Under the pieces are notes generated by a model. The model ran no database searches, had not been told where the DNA came from, and worked only from the letters and a program-made list of their open reading frames with translations. Source: Nemertoderma westbladi (Eukaryota > Animalia > Xenacoelomorpha). From it: DNA of 64,000 nucleotides. This document shows, in pieces, positions 25,634-36,155 of this stretch (the first letter of the stretch is position 1; the number at the start of each line of letters is the position of its first letter). The stretch covers positions 3,058 to 67,057 of the forward strand of contig JAUCBJ010005572.1 of the NCBI GenBank assembly GCA_032718475.1, read 5' to 3'. A program made the translations under genes and the position numbers.

Positions 25634-27082
25634 ATGGCAGTGTTGTTACTAACCATTACAATATGCGTGGTTGCTGTGTATAGTGAGGCGTTTAACCTCA
25701 ATGAAACCACACCGAATGCATCACATGAGAATCTACGCAAAATATGCCCGCCGGAGCAGTGCTTCCTTGCTGGTTACGGCCATGAGGCTTTCGACAAAGA
25801 AGATGACTGTGTCTGCGAATACGAGAGTTACGACGGGTTCATGGAGAGCAACTCGGGTCTTCCTCAACACCAGACATCGATGCTACTCGACGATATGATG
25901 TCCAAGTACGATGTGCGGTTGCGACCAAGTTTCGGGGGTGAGGCGGTCACTATCAGTGTGACAATGTGGATCGACACCATTGGTCCTATATCTGAGGCGG
26001 ATATGGACTTTAAAACGACATTCTATTTCCGGCAGTACTGGTCGGACGAACGTCTCAGATTCAACGCCAGCAACGCTATGGATATTAGCCTCAACATGGA
26101 CATCAAAGGCCAGCTCTGGATACCGGACACGTTCTTCCCTCAAGACAAGCATTCCTTCGTGCATGACGTCACCAAACAGAACTCTCTTTTACGCATCTCT
26201 CCAAACGGAGATGTTCTCTATAGCGTCAGGGTTACCGTCCAAGCCAACTGCCCGATGGACCTGAGTTACTTTCCCATGGATGTACAGAAATGCCGGTTGA
26301 ATATCGAGTCCTTCGGTTACACTGTCAAGGATTCCATATACCGCTGGAAGGAAATTGAGGGAGAGGAAGCTGTAGATCAAAACGAAAATATCCATATCAA
26401 CCAGTTCCAATTAGCGGCTGTCACCAGAGAAGAAATATTTATTATTCTATCCACCGGTAATTATAGTCGTCTAAACGTCGACTTCATCCTGCGACGATCA
26501 CTCGGCTACTTTCTCATCCAGACCTACTTCCCCGCAATGCTGATTGTCGTCATCAGCTGGGTCTCCTTCTGGATCTGCCGCAAGGCCGTCCCTGCTCGCG
26601 CCAGTCTGGGAATAACCACAGTGCTCACCATGATCACCATAATGAACGGCGCCAATGATACACTCCCAAAGATCAGCTACATCAAGGCTCTAGACGTCTA
26701 CATGGTTGTCTGCTTTATCTATGTATTCACGGCAATGCTAGAATTTGCGGTTGTGTGTTTCCAGGACCAAGAGCAGGGGATAAGCCACCCGCACAAAAAC
26801 AGCCTCGAATCTATTCACGAAACCGCCACTCAGTCAGAGCTGAAGCGTCTGTCGTCAGCTGGTGCCAACAACATAATCTCTGACCGACGTAGGCCCAGCC
26901 GTTGGCTGACAAAGTTGCGCACCAAACCGGTGCCATCCAGGTTCGACATCTACGCCCGCTGTTTGTTCCCGCTCACTTTCACTCTGTTCAACGGACTCTA
27001 CTGGGGAATCTACCTCAGCATCACCTGGAACCTGATCGAGGAGTTACAGATGAAGCCCCATTTAGGGAAAGCAGCAACCTAA
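25634..27082 (+). CDS. Cys-loop ligand-gated chloride channel subunit, Rdl/GABA-A-like, single exon
   Basis: Signal peptide; YDVRLRP; LWIPDTFF; Cys loop CPMDLSYFPMDVQKC; ESFGYT; TGNYSRL; TM1 YFPAMLIVVISWVSFW; anion-selective PAR motif in TM2 PARASLGITTVLTM; LPKISYIKALDVY; TM4 FPLTFTLFNGLYW. Complete uninterrupted 482-aa ORF. Confidence 0.96.
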   Translation: MAVLLLTITICVVAVYSEAFNLNETTPNASHENLRKICPPEQCFLAGYGHEAFDKEDDCVCEYESYDGFMESNSGLPQHQTSMLLDDMMSKYDVRLRPSFGGEAVTISVTMWIDTIGPISEADMDFKTTFYFRQYWSDERLRFNASNAMDISLNMDIKGQLWIPDTFFPQDKHSFVHDVTKQNSLLRISPNGDVLYSVRVTVQANCPMDLSYFPMDVQKCRLNIESFGYTVKDSIYRWKEIEGEEAVDQNENIHINQFQLAAVTREEIFIILSTGNYSRLNVDFILRRSLGYFLIQTYFPAMLIVVISWVSFWICRKAVPARASLGITTVLTMITIMNGANDTLPKISYIKALDVYMVVCFIYVFTAMLEFAVVCFQDQEQGISHPHKNSLESIHETATQSELKRLSSAGANNIISDRRRPSRWLTKLRTKPVPSRFDIYARCLFPLTFTLFNGLYWGIYLSITWNLIEELQMKPHLGKAAT

Positions 27083-27429
27083 CAGATCAGCTTGGATGAC
27101 TCCATGGAGGTGTCATGTTTAGGCCCGGGTCACACATGAGCTTTCAACTTTCAACATTCAACGTTCAACATTCAACTATCAACTTTCAGATAACTAAGTC
27201 CCGGTTCACACATAAACATTCAACTTTCAGCTCATAAAAATTATTGTATATTGCTTAGAGCAGATATAAAGGGTTGAACAATTTTCAGTTGGCAGTTATA
27301 AAAATCGGTATTGTTTTCTAGATTATAAGTGTTTTTTTATTTTATCTAAAGTAATAATTTTTAATATGGATAAATAAATCGATGACGTAATATTAGCATA
27401 ATTCTGCCTTACATAGGCGGCGAAATAAA

Positions 27430-27670
27430 CGCCGATATTGGGTTCACCCGATCAATCAAAAAAAGGTTGTTGTACGGCGTTATCGGAAAACTTTATCAAG
27501 ATTTGCGGACAGATGTTATAAAGGAAATAAAGGAAATTTTTTAATTGCATATACGAGAATGTCAATTTCATCCTTTGATGAATTAATCTCATCTATTGAA
27601 CCCCATATATAGAGAGATAGCAAGTGGAGGAAGTCTATACGCTATGGAAGACTACTTCTAACTTTATAGG
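27430..27670 (+). pseudogene. Harbinger transposase N-terminal remnant
   Basis: WVHPINQK (27439) ... YTRMSISSFDELISSIEPHI*RDSKWRKSI matches the WVHP / RMS..F..L / R..I pattern of Harbinger transposases. Confidence 0.65.
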
Positions 27671-28089
27671 TATTAACTATTTACATACTTGTGTGTAAAG
27701 TAGCACTTTACAGGTGATGATCCGAGTGGCTTTGTTACCAGAACTAACGTTAATGAGTGATTGGAAATAAAGCCACGAGGATCAGAACACTGTAAAGTAC
27801 TTTGCAACAAGTATGTTTGTGTTTATGTTTATGTTTTATTCCAAAATGTTAACATTACGAAATTATTGTACACATACATTATAAGTGATAGAAACTGCAC
27901 AAATTATACTAGTAGTTGTATAAATAAATGTAAAAATCACATAAATTATGTTATAAATAAGTTAACTTATATTTATGGTGGCGTTTGGAGCCATGTTATA
28001 ATAATATAGCTAGGCCATACTGGTTATTAATAGCTATACCCCTCCTACCGGTAGGTAATGCAGTAGGCATATCTGGTTGTCAGACAAAT

Positions 28090-28623
28090 TGTGACGGGAT
28101 CCAGGAGGGATCCCGATTTATCCGATGTTTAGTTCACGCGTCCCCGCCGTGTGTAAAGAGTAAAATGAGTTCTGATGTTCGGTGTATATAATGATCAGTC
28201 TAATAAGATATAGATATAGGTTGTTGTACACGGAAGGCGGGATACGGTAACTAAAGTCCCGGTCCTTCCCTAGCTAAACTATCTAACCTAACTAGCACCA
28301 ATATGATACTGGGATAACTGACTGGTATGATTACTGGTAACTGGTTATATTGCACGGTGGCCTTATTGCTGTACCTAATCGATGCCTTTCCCCCCCTCTG
28401 ATTGGTTGATACCCTTGTTGGCGCCCTTTGGAGTGTTTCCCTTCACTCCCTGTGTTCTCTCTCGGTTAGGGGTTTGGCCCCTGACCTCCATTGTGTGTTT
28501 CTCCTTCCCTTCCCACTTTATTGGGGTAACACGAGGTTGATATTGGTAATCAACCTCGTGCTCCCAATATTGCTTAATGGCTCACTCTATGGGTTTGTGT
28601 TAGCGGAATTGGATAAGCTAACA
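28090..28623 (-). repeat. 3' LTR of copy A (534 bp)
   Basis: Direct repeat of 35622-36155; PPT adjacent at 28624-28632. Confidence 0.95.
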
Positions 28624-29245
28624 CTCCCCCCCATGCTATCTTCCCGGTAAGAAGATAGCATCCAACTAAAGTGCGCTACAATTCCGCTGGAACTCGATCT
28701 ATTATCGGGTGTGGGGTGGGGTTATTTTCTTGGAGTCGGCTTTCCAGGCCGCTCCCTATGGGTATGATGTCACTACCCTCTGGCGTCTCGTGTCGGGCCG
28801 ATCGTGCGCTTCCCTCACACAATTTTTGTTTCCCCAACACTCTCGCCACTCTAACTTCGCTCTCTAACTCAACTCGCTCTCTCCCCACTCTTACAACTCT
28901 CCCCACACCTGAATCGCACTCTAACTTCTCGCCAACAGCTCTTCTCACTATCTCCTCTCTACTCTCTGCCACTCCCTAAGGCCCTAATCTCTAATGCTAC
29001 CCCTGTGCTATCATACTATCTACCTTATCTAAGGTCTAACTTGCTAACTATCTAACTTCTCTAACTCTAACTAACTCCTAACTCTACTAACTCTACTCTA
29101 CTCTCTGCTAACTCTTACTACTTCTAGCTCTAACTAAAAGCCTCTAACTTTCTACTAACTCTAACTAGAACTCTCTAACTTTCTGCTAAGTCTACTAACT
29201 CTTTTCTAACTCTGACTAAAATCCTCCAACTAACTCTATCTCTAT

Positions 29246-30140
29246 CTACGTGGCGCTAACGGTGCCCACAACCACAACCGGTACTACGTACCCTCTTACT
29301 AACTCTATCTCCATCTACGTGGCGCTAACGGTGCCCACAACCACAACCGGTACTACGTACCCTCTTACTAACTCTACCTCCATCTACGTGGCGCTAACGG
29401 TGCCCACAACCACTCTACTACTGCTTCTACTCTGCTACTATCTTTCTAACTCTACTAACTCTCTACTATCTCTAACTCTACTAGCTGGCACCCTATGTGC
29501 CCGTCTCTACCACTCTACTCTATCTACATCTCCACCTCCACTAATACCTCTATCTACGTGGCGCTTGCGGTGCCCATAACCACTCCCTGCTACTACTTTC
29601 TACGTGGCGCTTCCGGTGCCCACAACCCCTCTTACTACTTTCTACGTGGCGCTAACGATGCCCACAACCACTCTCTTGCTACTTTCTACGTGGCGCTTCC
29701 GGTGCCCACAACCCCCCTACTACTCGTGGCATGACAATATGCCACACTCCCTTACCCCGCCGCCTTCTAACCTACTCTCCTTCTACGTGGCGCTTACGGT
29801 GCCCACAACCCCCCTACTACTACTCGTGGCATGACAATATGCCACACTCCCTTACCCCGCCGCCTTCTAACTTCTCTACTACTACCTAACTTCTAACTGC
29901 TACTTCTTACTATCCTCTACTAATTATTATTTAATTATTTTAATTATTTGTTTTTAATTAAATAATTATTTTCTTGTGGGAAGGGCGTCTCGCCCTCATT
30001 CCCACCCCCCTCAGTCCAAAATATTGGACGACTAAACCTCTTAACTAGGGCGATTCTTCCAACAGGCACTCTCCCACTGCTGCTCTTGTAGGTCCTGTAG
30101 GATTCGCCGCTACTCGTGGCATGACAATATGCCACACTCC
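29246..30140 (-). repeat. 3' non-coding repeat/hairpin array of copy A
   Basis: Eight copies of CTACGTGGCGCTNNCGGTGCCCACAACC (29246, 29315, 29384, 29554, 29600, 29642, 29686, 29783), three copies of the hairpin GTGGCATGACAATATGCCAC, and a duplication of the ORF end (about 29975-30110 versus 30262-30397). Confidence 0.85.
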
Positions 30141-30326
30141 CTTGCCCCGCCGCCTTCTAACTCTACTCTCCTATCTTCGAACTACTTCTTACTTCTACTA
30201 ACTATTATTTTAATTATTTAATTATTCATTAATATTTATTTAAATTAAATAATTAATTTGTGTGGGAAGGGCGTCTCGCCCTCATTCCCACCCCCCTCAG
30301 TCCAAAATATTGGACGACTAAACCTC

Positions 30327-32711
30327 CTAACTAGGGCGATTCTTCCAACAGGCACTCTCCCACTGCTGCTCTTGTAGGTCCTGTAGGATTCGCCGCACTC
30401 TCTTCGCCAATTCCATCTCACCAGGAATTGGTTCTCCCTCTTTCACCACCCTAAGGTTGGGTCTCTCCACCGTCTTCTTAACTAGCTCATCTCCTGGCAT
30501 CAAAATGCCACCTCCCTCCTTGCTGTCTCCCGCCGGCAGAATGAATAGAAAGTGAAAGAACAGGCAGAACAGAAGGTAGCATAATAGTCCTATCCCTTTC
30601 CATCCTGCCTTCCTTCTCGACTTCCCCCTTGTCGGTATGCCTCCAACCCGGACCTGCGTCTCTTCCGGACACTCCTCTGGACACTCCTCTAGACACTCCT
30701 TCCGACACTCCTCCGGGCACTCCCCCGGAGTGTTGTCCTTCGGACACCTCGCCGTCCGCTCCGCTCCATCTCCATACCGATGCTTGCTGGGAAACCTACT
30801 CTCCTCTGCCCACTTTCTTACTGTCACCTCCCTATCTGGCTCTACTATCTCTTGTTTCTCCTCTACTTCCTCTGCGCCTGCGGTGCCTGGTAACATGCAC
30901 CCTGATGTCTCTGTCACACTGCATGGGATCTTAGTTTTAACTGGGCCGCTAAGCATCCACCCGAACGGCGTGAGGATCGCCGTCGGATCCCGCTGCCTGT
31001 CTTCGCCGAAGACCGTCTTCGTTCTCTCGTGGGCCGTCGGGCAGTCCATCCCTACTATAATGGACACCTTCCTAACGTCCACCGTTGGTATTGAGAAATC
31101 GATACCGTCCAGGAATCTATATTGCTCGACCTCAATGTTGGTTGGTCGCCTGGCGTTGATGTTTATCGATTCTATGACGTGGATGGGGTCGATCGTCGCC
31201 CCATAGCCGCATCCCGGTGCAATCGCTGCTATCCTGCACCGCCCCGTCCTCGTCTCCAGGACCTCATCTTTACTCGAGACGGTAGTTACCGCCATTCTGT
31301 TCGGCCTCGTCTTTAGCCCTATCTCTTCGGCCACCCAGTTCTCCACCAGCGTGAAGGCTGCTCCGCTGTCGACCAGCATTAACGTCGTTACTGATCGACC
31401 GCCCTCTCCTGATATCTTTACTGGTACTACCCCGAGTAGTACTTTTCTCTTCTTCTCCTCTTCTGTCGTGCTTGTGGCCATTGCCTGGCCTCCAGTCTCG
31501 GACTCTCTAACTGCTGTTTCTTTACACTCTCCGGGTCTGTGTCCTTCTAACACACATCGATGACATAGTCCGTTTGCGTCTGTGTAGGCTACACGATCTT
31601 GTTTGGGCAACGCTTGCCAGTGCTTACAACTCCTGGTCTTATGTGTTCCGTCCCGATGTAATTGACATTCGAATCCTGGATTATAGCGTTCCCTGTATAG
31701 TCCCTCACGTATCGCGCCTAGGTTTATATGTACCGATTTAGTGTTTTGGTTGTCTGTATTCGGCCTACTGGGTACATTGGGATTATGTTTATTTATGGTG
31801 TTATTTTCTTTCTGTCCCTGCCACGGTGTGGCCCTACTACCAGCTAACTGTGGACTAGCAGTCCCCTGTGTGGCCGCATGTGGTAGTGATTGTCCTACTC
31901 TCGGGAATGGATCTGCAGGATCGTGTTCGGGTTTATGGCTTGTCCCCAAACTATCCTCGCTATAGACTGGGTCTGTTATTAGTTCGGCTTCATAGTTGAG
32001 GAAGCTCGACATCTCTTCTAAGCCCGGTTCCGCACCCTTCTTCTCCCGTGTGGAGAAGGCTATCTTCCTCCACTTCCTTCGTAACCAGATCGGCAGTGCC
32101 TGCGCTATCGTGGTGATGTTGTTAGACGCGTTGAGTTCGTATGGTGCGTCTAGCGTCTTTAACACGATTAACGCCTTCTCGACCTTGTTTGCAAAGGTCC
32201 TTATGCTAACGGGATTGTCCTGTAGGCCATCCGATGTTATGCCTCTCAGGGTTTGCCGGATGATCTTGGCCGGGTGCCCGTATTCCCTATCTAGCGCCCG
32301 CCATGCTGTTGTGAAGCCGCCCTCGATGCCCTGGTATTGCCTCACGATGTCGTATGCTGGGCCTCCTGTATATACTTGCAGATATTTTAGGCACTCCGCC
32401 TGCATCAAGTTCTTACTTAATATTTCGTTACTATACATGCGCCGAAACTGTAGATATTCTTCCGGCCTACTCCCATCGAATTTAAATGGTTCCACAGGTG
32501 GTAACTCGATCCTAGTTTTTAATGCATCGATTAATGTGGCCATTCCCATCGCTTGCGCTTCTAATGGGTTCGATGGATGTTGTATAGTTTCTCTTGTTGG
32601 GTACGGTCCGTTCGTCCTATCTGTTGTTGATTTAATTTGTTGCGTCGGATATATCATTGGGGGTAACGGCCCCCTCCATATTTCCGTGTCGCACGATCTG
32701 TTCTCGTCCAA
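30327..32711 (-). CDS. BEL/Pao Gag core (DUF1759-like), Zn knuckles, aspartic protease and C-terminal transmembrane-like tail
   Basis: PFKFDGSRPEEYLQF...LKYLQVYTGG...AWRALDREYG; CQLH...H...C and CHRCVLEGHRPGEC; LVDSGAAFTLV; IIVGMD; TPFGWMLSGP; then GIGLLCYLLFCLFFHFLFILP. Probably the 3' part of one ~1700-aa ORF starting at ATG 35465. Confidence 0.88.
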   Translation of the reverse strand: MDENRSCDTEIWRGPLPPMIYPTQQIKSTTDRTNGPYPTRETIQHPSNPLEAQAMGMATLIDALKTRIELPPVEPFKFDGSRPEEYLQFRRMYSNEILSKNLMQAECLKYLQVYTGGPAYDIVRQYQGIEGGFTTAWRALDREYGHPAKIIRQTLRGITSDGLQDNPVSIRTFANKVEKALIVLKTLDAPYELNASNNITTIAQALPIWLRRKWRKIAFSTREKKGAEPGLEEMSSFLNYEAELITDPVYSEDSLGTSHKPEHDPADPFPRVGQSLPHAATQGTASPQLAGSRATPWQGQKENNTINKHNPNVPSRPNTDNQNTKSVHINLGAIREGLYRERYNPGFECQLHRDGTHKTRSCKHWQALPKQDRVAYTDANGLCHRCVLEGHRPGECKETAVRESETGGQAMATSTTEEEKKRKVLLGVVPVKISGEGGRSVTTLMLVDSGAAFTLVENWVAEEIGLKTRPNRMAVTTVSSKDEVLETRTGRCRIAAIAPGCGYGATIDPIHVIESININARRPTNIEVEQYRFLDGIDFSIPTVDVRKVSIIVGMDCPTAHERTKTVFGEDRQRDPTAILTPFGWMLSGPVKTKIPCSVTETSGCMLPGTAGAEEVEEKQEIVEPDREVTVRKWAEESRFPSKHRYGDGAERTARCPKDNTPGECPEECRKECLEECPEECPEETQVRVGGIPTRGKSRRKAGWKGIGLLCYLLFCLFFHFLFILPAGDSKEGGGILMPGDELVKKTVERPNLRVVKEGEPIPGEMELAKRVRRILQDLQEQQWESACWKNRPS

Positions 32712-35465
32712 GGGGTTCGATGTTCTCGCTCCTATTGGGGTATATTGTTGATATTGTGATGGGGGAATGTCACCCTGTCCCCCCCCCCACCGGTATGTTT
32801 GGTACTGGGGTTGATGTTAATATATTGGGGCCCATACATCTATCTACAATGACTCTCCCCTCCCCTGGATATATGTTATGTCCCTGGAAATTATAGTCAT
32901 GCTGCTGTACCGGTACCGATATAGGCCTATTCACTTCTTGCCTACCTACCGGTATGTACTCCGCGACTTCCGGGTTTAATCCCGTCGTCCGCGCTACCCT
33001 ATCGCCTACTCTATCTCTCCCAGCATGGCCTATAATAGTATGTGCAGTAAGGCCTACAGTATGTCCTGCAGTCTGCATGTGCCCTTCCGAATCGAAGTTT
33101 ATTCTTCGCGAATCTCGAATCTCCCCGCGACTACCGTACTCTCGATCGGCAGCTATATCCCGTCGGGAAGCTTCTCTTCGATCCCCATTCCTGTTCTCTT
33201 CTTCGTATCGGTACATCCTGTACCCCTCTCTTGGCGTGCGGTGCGTTTCTCCGGGGCGACGGCAATCTCCCGAAGTTCGACCCCACTGACTCCCTAACTC
33301 CATCTCTACTATCGACGGCTCGCTATCCGTCCTCGCTCTCCTATCGTTCGTGGCGACACTTCTTCTACTATCTTCTCTTCTTCTCTTTTCGACCTCTCGG
33401 TTAAACTCTACTAATCTTCTTCTATCTTCAACCCCTCTATTAAACTCTACTAATCTTCTCTCTTCTGACTGGGCTCGACGTTCCGTCGCCCGCCCTTTCG
33501 CGACGTCAACCTGTCTCTCTCTGCTCGATCGCACGCCGCTGGGGATACTCGCAATCCCCCTATTACTCTCCGTCGCCGGGTATTGCGGTTTACCTGATTC
33601 GGCCCGCGCATTATCCGCTGACGGCTGTGGGACACTCTCTGCCCCCCCTCTCTCTCTACTAATCCCTCGCGGCGGGGTGCCCGTAGCCCCCCCCCCCCCA
33701 CCCGCTACTTCTAACTTCACTATCTCTTACTACACTTCTGCGTCCCTCTTGTCGGACACTCTCTACCCCCTTTCTCTCGCCACTAATCTTCTGTGGTGGG
33801 GCGCCCGTAGCCCCCCCCCCCCCCACCAGCCACTTCTAACTTCACTACCTCTTACTACACTTCTACACCCCTCTTGTGGGGCATTCTCTGCCCCCCCTCT
33901 CTCGCCGCTAATCTCATGTGGTGGGGCGCCCGTAGCCCCCCCCCCCCCCACTCGCCACATCTAACTTCACTATCTCTTACTTCGTCTCTACACCCCTCTC
34001 TAGTCGACACACTGTCTCTACTGCGGCCGGGTCTATTCACCCCCGCCTCTCTCTCTACTACTGCGTGGCCTACCAGGCCCACCTCGGGTTGGCTCAACCG
34101 CGCCACTTCCTGCCTACTAACTACGTGGCCTACCAGGCCGCCGTCTGCCGGGCTATACACGTCTGACGCGTTCACATTAATAGCACCATTCCCAATATTA
34201 TTTGTTAAATCAATTAAATTATTAGAATTTGAAACGGAATTATTTAAATTATTTAAGTTAGAATTATTATTATTTTCAAAATTTAAATTGCTATTCGAAT
34301 TATTTGAATTATTTTGATTATTCTGAATATTTGAATTAATATTATTATTTGAATTTAAACTTAAATTACTACTACCGGGTAAGATATTTCCTGTAATAAA
34401 GGGATTAGGGTTATTTACTACGGTACTATTAATACCAATATTTCCTAACGCACTACTACTACCCCCCCCCCCCCCGCCCGTACGGTTACTGTACATACTG
34501 TAAGTGTACCGCACGCTCTGTTCTCTTGCCTCACGCTCTTCGCGTTCACTCTCTCGCTCCTTCCTTCCCCTCAGTCGCCACTCTAATTCTTCCATTTTTA
34601 ATTTATATGCCATGCGTTCACTCTCTCGCACCCGTCTTTCTTTTGCGGAGGATGTAGCAGACTTATAGGTTGCGACGGACTCCCGCCGCCCCTCCGTCCT
34701 ACTAACTTTCCCCCGCTCTCCGGGGTTCTCGCTGACCAACGAGACCGAATCCTCGGAGCTAACCTCGGATTCGCCCTCGTGCGGTCCCGCCCAACCCACT
34801 AACTCAACTTCCCTGGCATCGACTAAGTATGGCCCTATGTACACTACACCAGGCCCCATACCCCTACGTTCCCATAGCCCAAACAGTTCGAAGGCAACCC
34901 CTCTCGCTCTCTCCTCGGCCAGTTCTCCCTGCCCAGAACGCACTAGGTAATCAAAGTATCTGTTCGACTCACCTAGTCGTCTCCTCAACTTCACCTGGTC
35001 TATCTCAACCCCTCCTCTAGCTTCCTTCAGTTGTTCCCGGGTCGCGGCGTAGGCTCGTCGAAGTCGATCAGAAACCCCGACATCCTCGTCGCCGACCTCC
35101 CTTCCATCTCTCCGGGTCCGACGTCGTACCGGCAGCCCCACCGTTGCCGTTCTGGTGGGCCGTCCGTCGCCCTCGGCCTGTGGCTGGCCGGCGACATCGG
35201 TACGTCGACCCTCGCTCCGTGTCGACTCGTCTTTCTCCTCTCCCGTCTCACTCTCTCCTCTACTCGACTCGCTCTCTCCTCGTAGACGACCCCCCACATC
35301 TTGGTTCGCCGGGTTGCTCGTTATCGACGTGGCGTCAACCGGCGTCGACGTGGTCGACGTAGCATCGACCGGCGTCGTGGGTTCGTATCGTATCGCCGTG
35401 GCCTCGCGGATCGTTAGATCGTCGTCCGGGGTCCGCGGCGGTGTCGTTCCTCTCTCTCGACTCAT
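32712..35465 (-). CDS. Long low-complexity N-terminal Gag extension (charged coiled coil, Asn-rich tract, ~41-aa repeats); frame broken only at poly-G runs
   Basis: ORFs 33855-35522, 33763-33960 and 32770-33720 join at plus-strand poly-C runs (about 33936, 33811, 33687, 32779); collinear with copy B 52222-55300. Confidence 0.6.
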
Positions 35466-35621
35466 CTTCGTCTTTAGTGATTGGTGGCTGGTGGTTATTG
35501 AGTTTATCCAGGGCAGCAGCACGGATTTAGTTACTGCCGAAGGGTTTAGTTACTAGCTAGGGCAGCAGTTGGTTTTAGTTACTGTTACAGTTTAACTAGG
35601 GCGGCAGCTCGATTTAGTTAC

Positions 35622-36155
35622 TGTGACGGGATCCAGGAGGGATCCCGATTTATCCGATGTTTAGTTCACGCGTCCCCGCCGTGTGTAAAGAGTAAAATGA
35701 GTTCTGATGTTCGGTGTATATAATGATCAGTCTAATAAGATATAGATATAGGTTGTTGTACACGGAAGGCGGGATACGGTAACTAAAGTCCCGGTCCTTC
35801 CCTAGCTAAACTATCTAACCTAACTAGCACCAATATGATACTGGGATAACTGACTGGTATGATTACTGGTAACTGGTTATATTGCACGGTGGCCTTATTG
35901 CTGTACCTAATCGATGCCTTTCCCCCCCTCTGATTGGTTGATACCCTTGTTGGCGCCCTTTGGAGTGTTTCCCTTCACTCCCTGTGTTCTCTCTCGGTTA
36001 GGGGTTTGGCCCCTGACCTCCATTGTGTGTTTCTCCTTCCCTTCCCACTTTATTGGGGTAACACGAGGTTGATATTGGTAATCAACCTCGTGCTCCCAAT
36101 ATTGCTTAATGGCTCACTCTATGGGTTTGTGTTAGCGGAATTGGATAAGCTAACA
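35622..36155 (-). repeat. 5' LTR of copy A (534 bp)
   Basis: Direct repeat of 28090-28623; contains TATAA followed about 28 nt later by an Inr-like TCAGTT on the minus strand. Confidence 0.95.

Larger units (their letters stand above)
28090..36155 (-). mobile_element. Non-autonomous BEL/Pao-type LTR element, copy A (Gag, protease, hydrophobic tail; no RT/RH/IN)
   Basis: Two 534-bp TG...CA LTRs with no differences seen; 5-bp TSD CAAAT (28085-28089 and 36156-36160); PPT GGGGGGGAG; DUF1759-like Gag and DSGA protease. Confidence 0.93.

Noticed and set aside
29246-29815. Repeat-spacer pattern resembling a CRISPR array
   Set aside because: Spacers are irregular in length, related to each other and low-complexity; the array is inside an LTR element in an animal genome and no cas genes are present.
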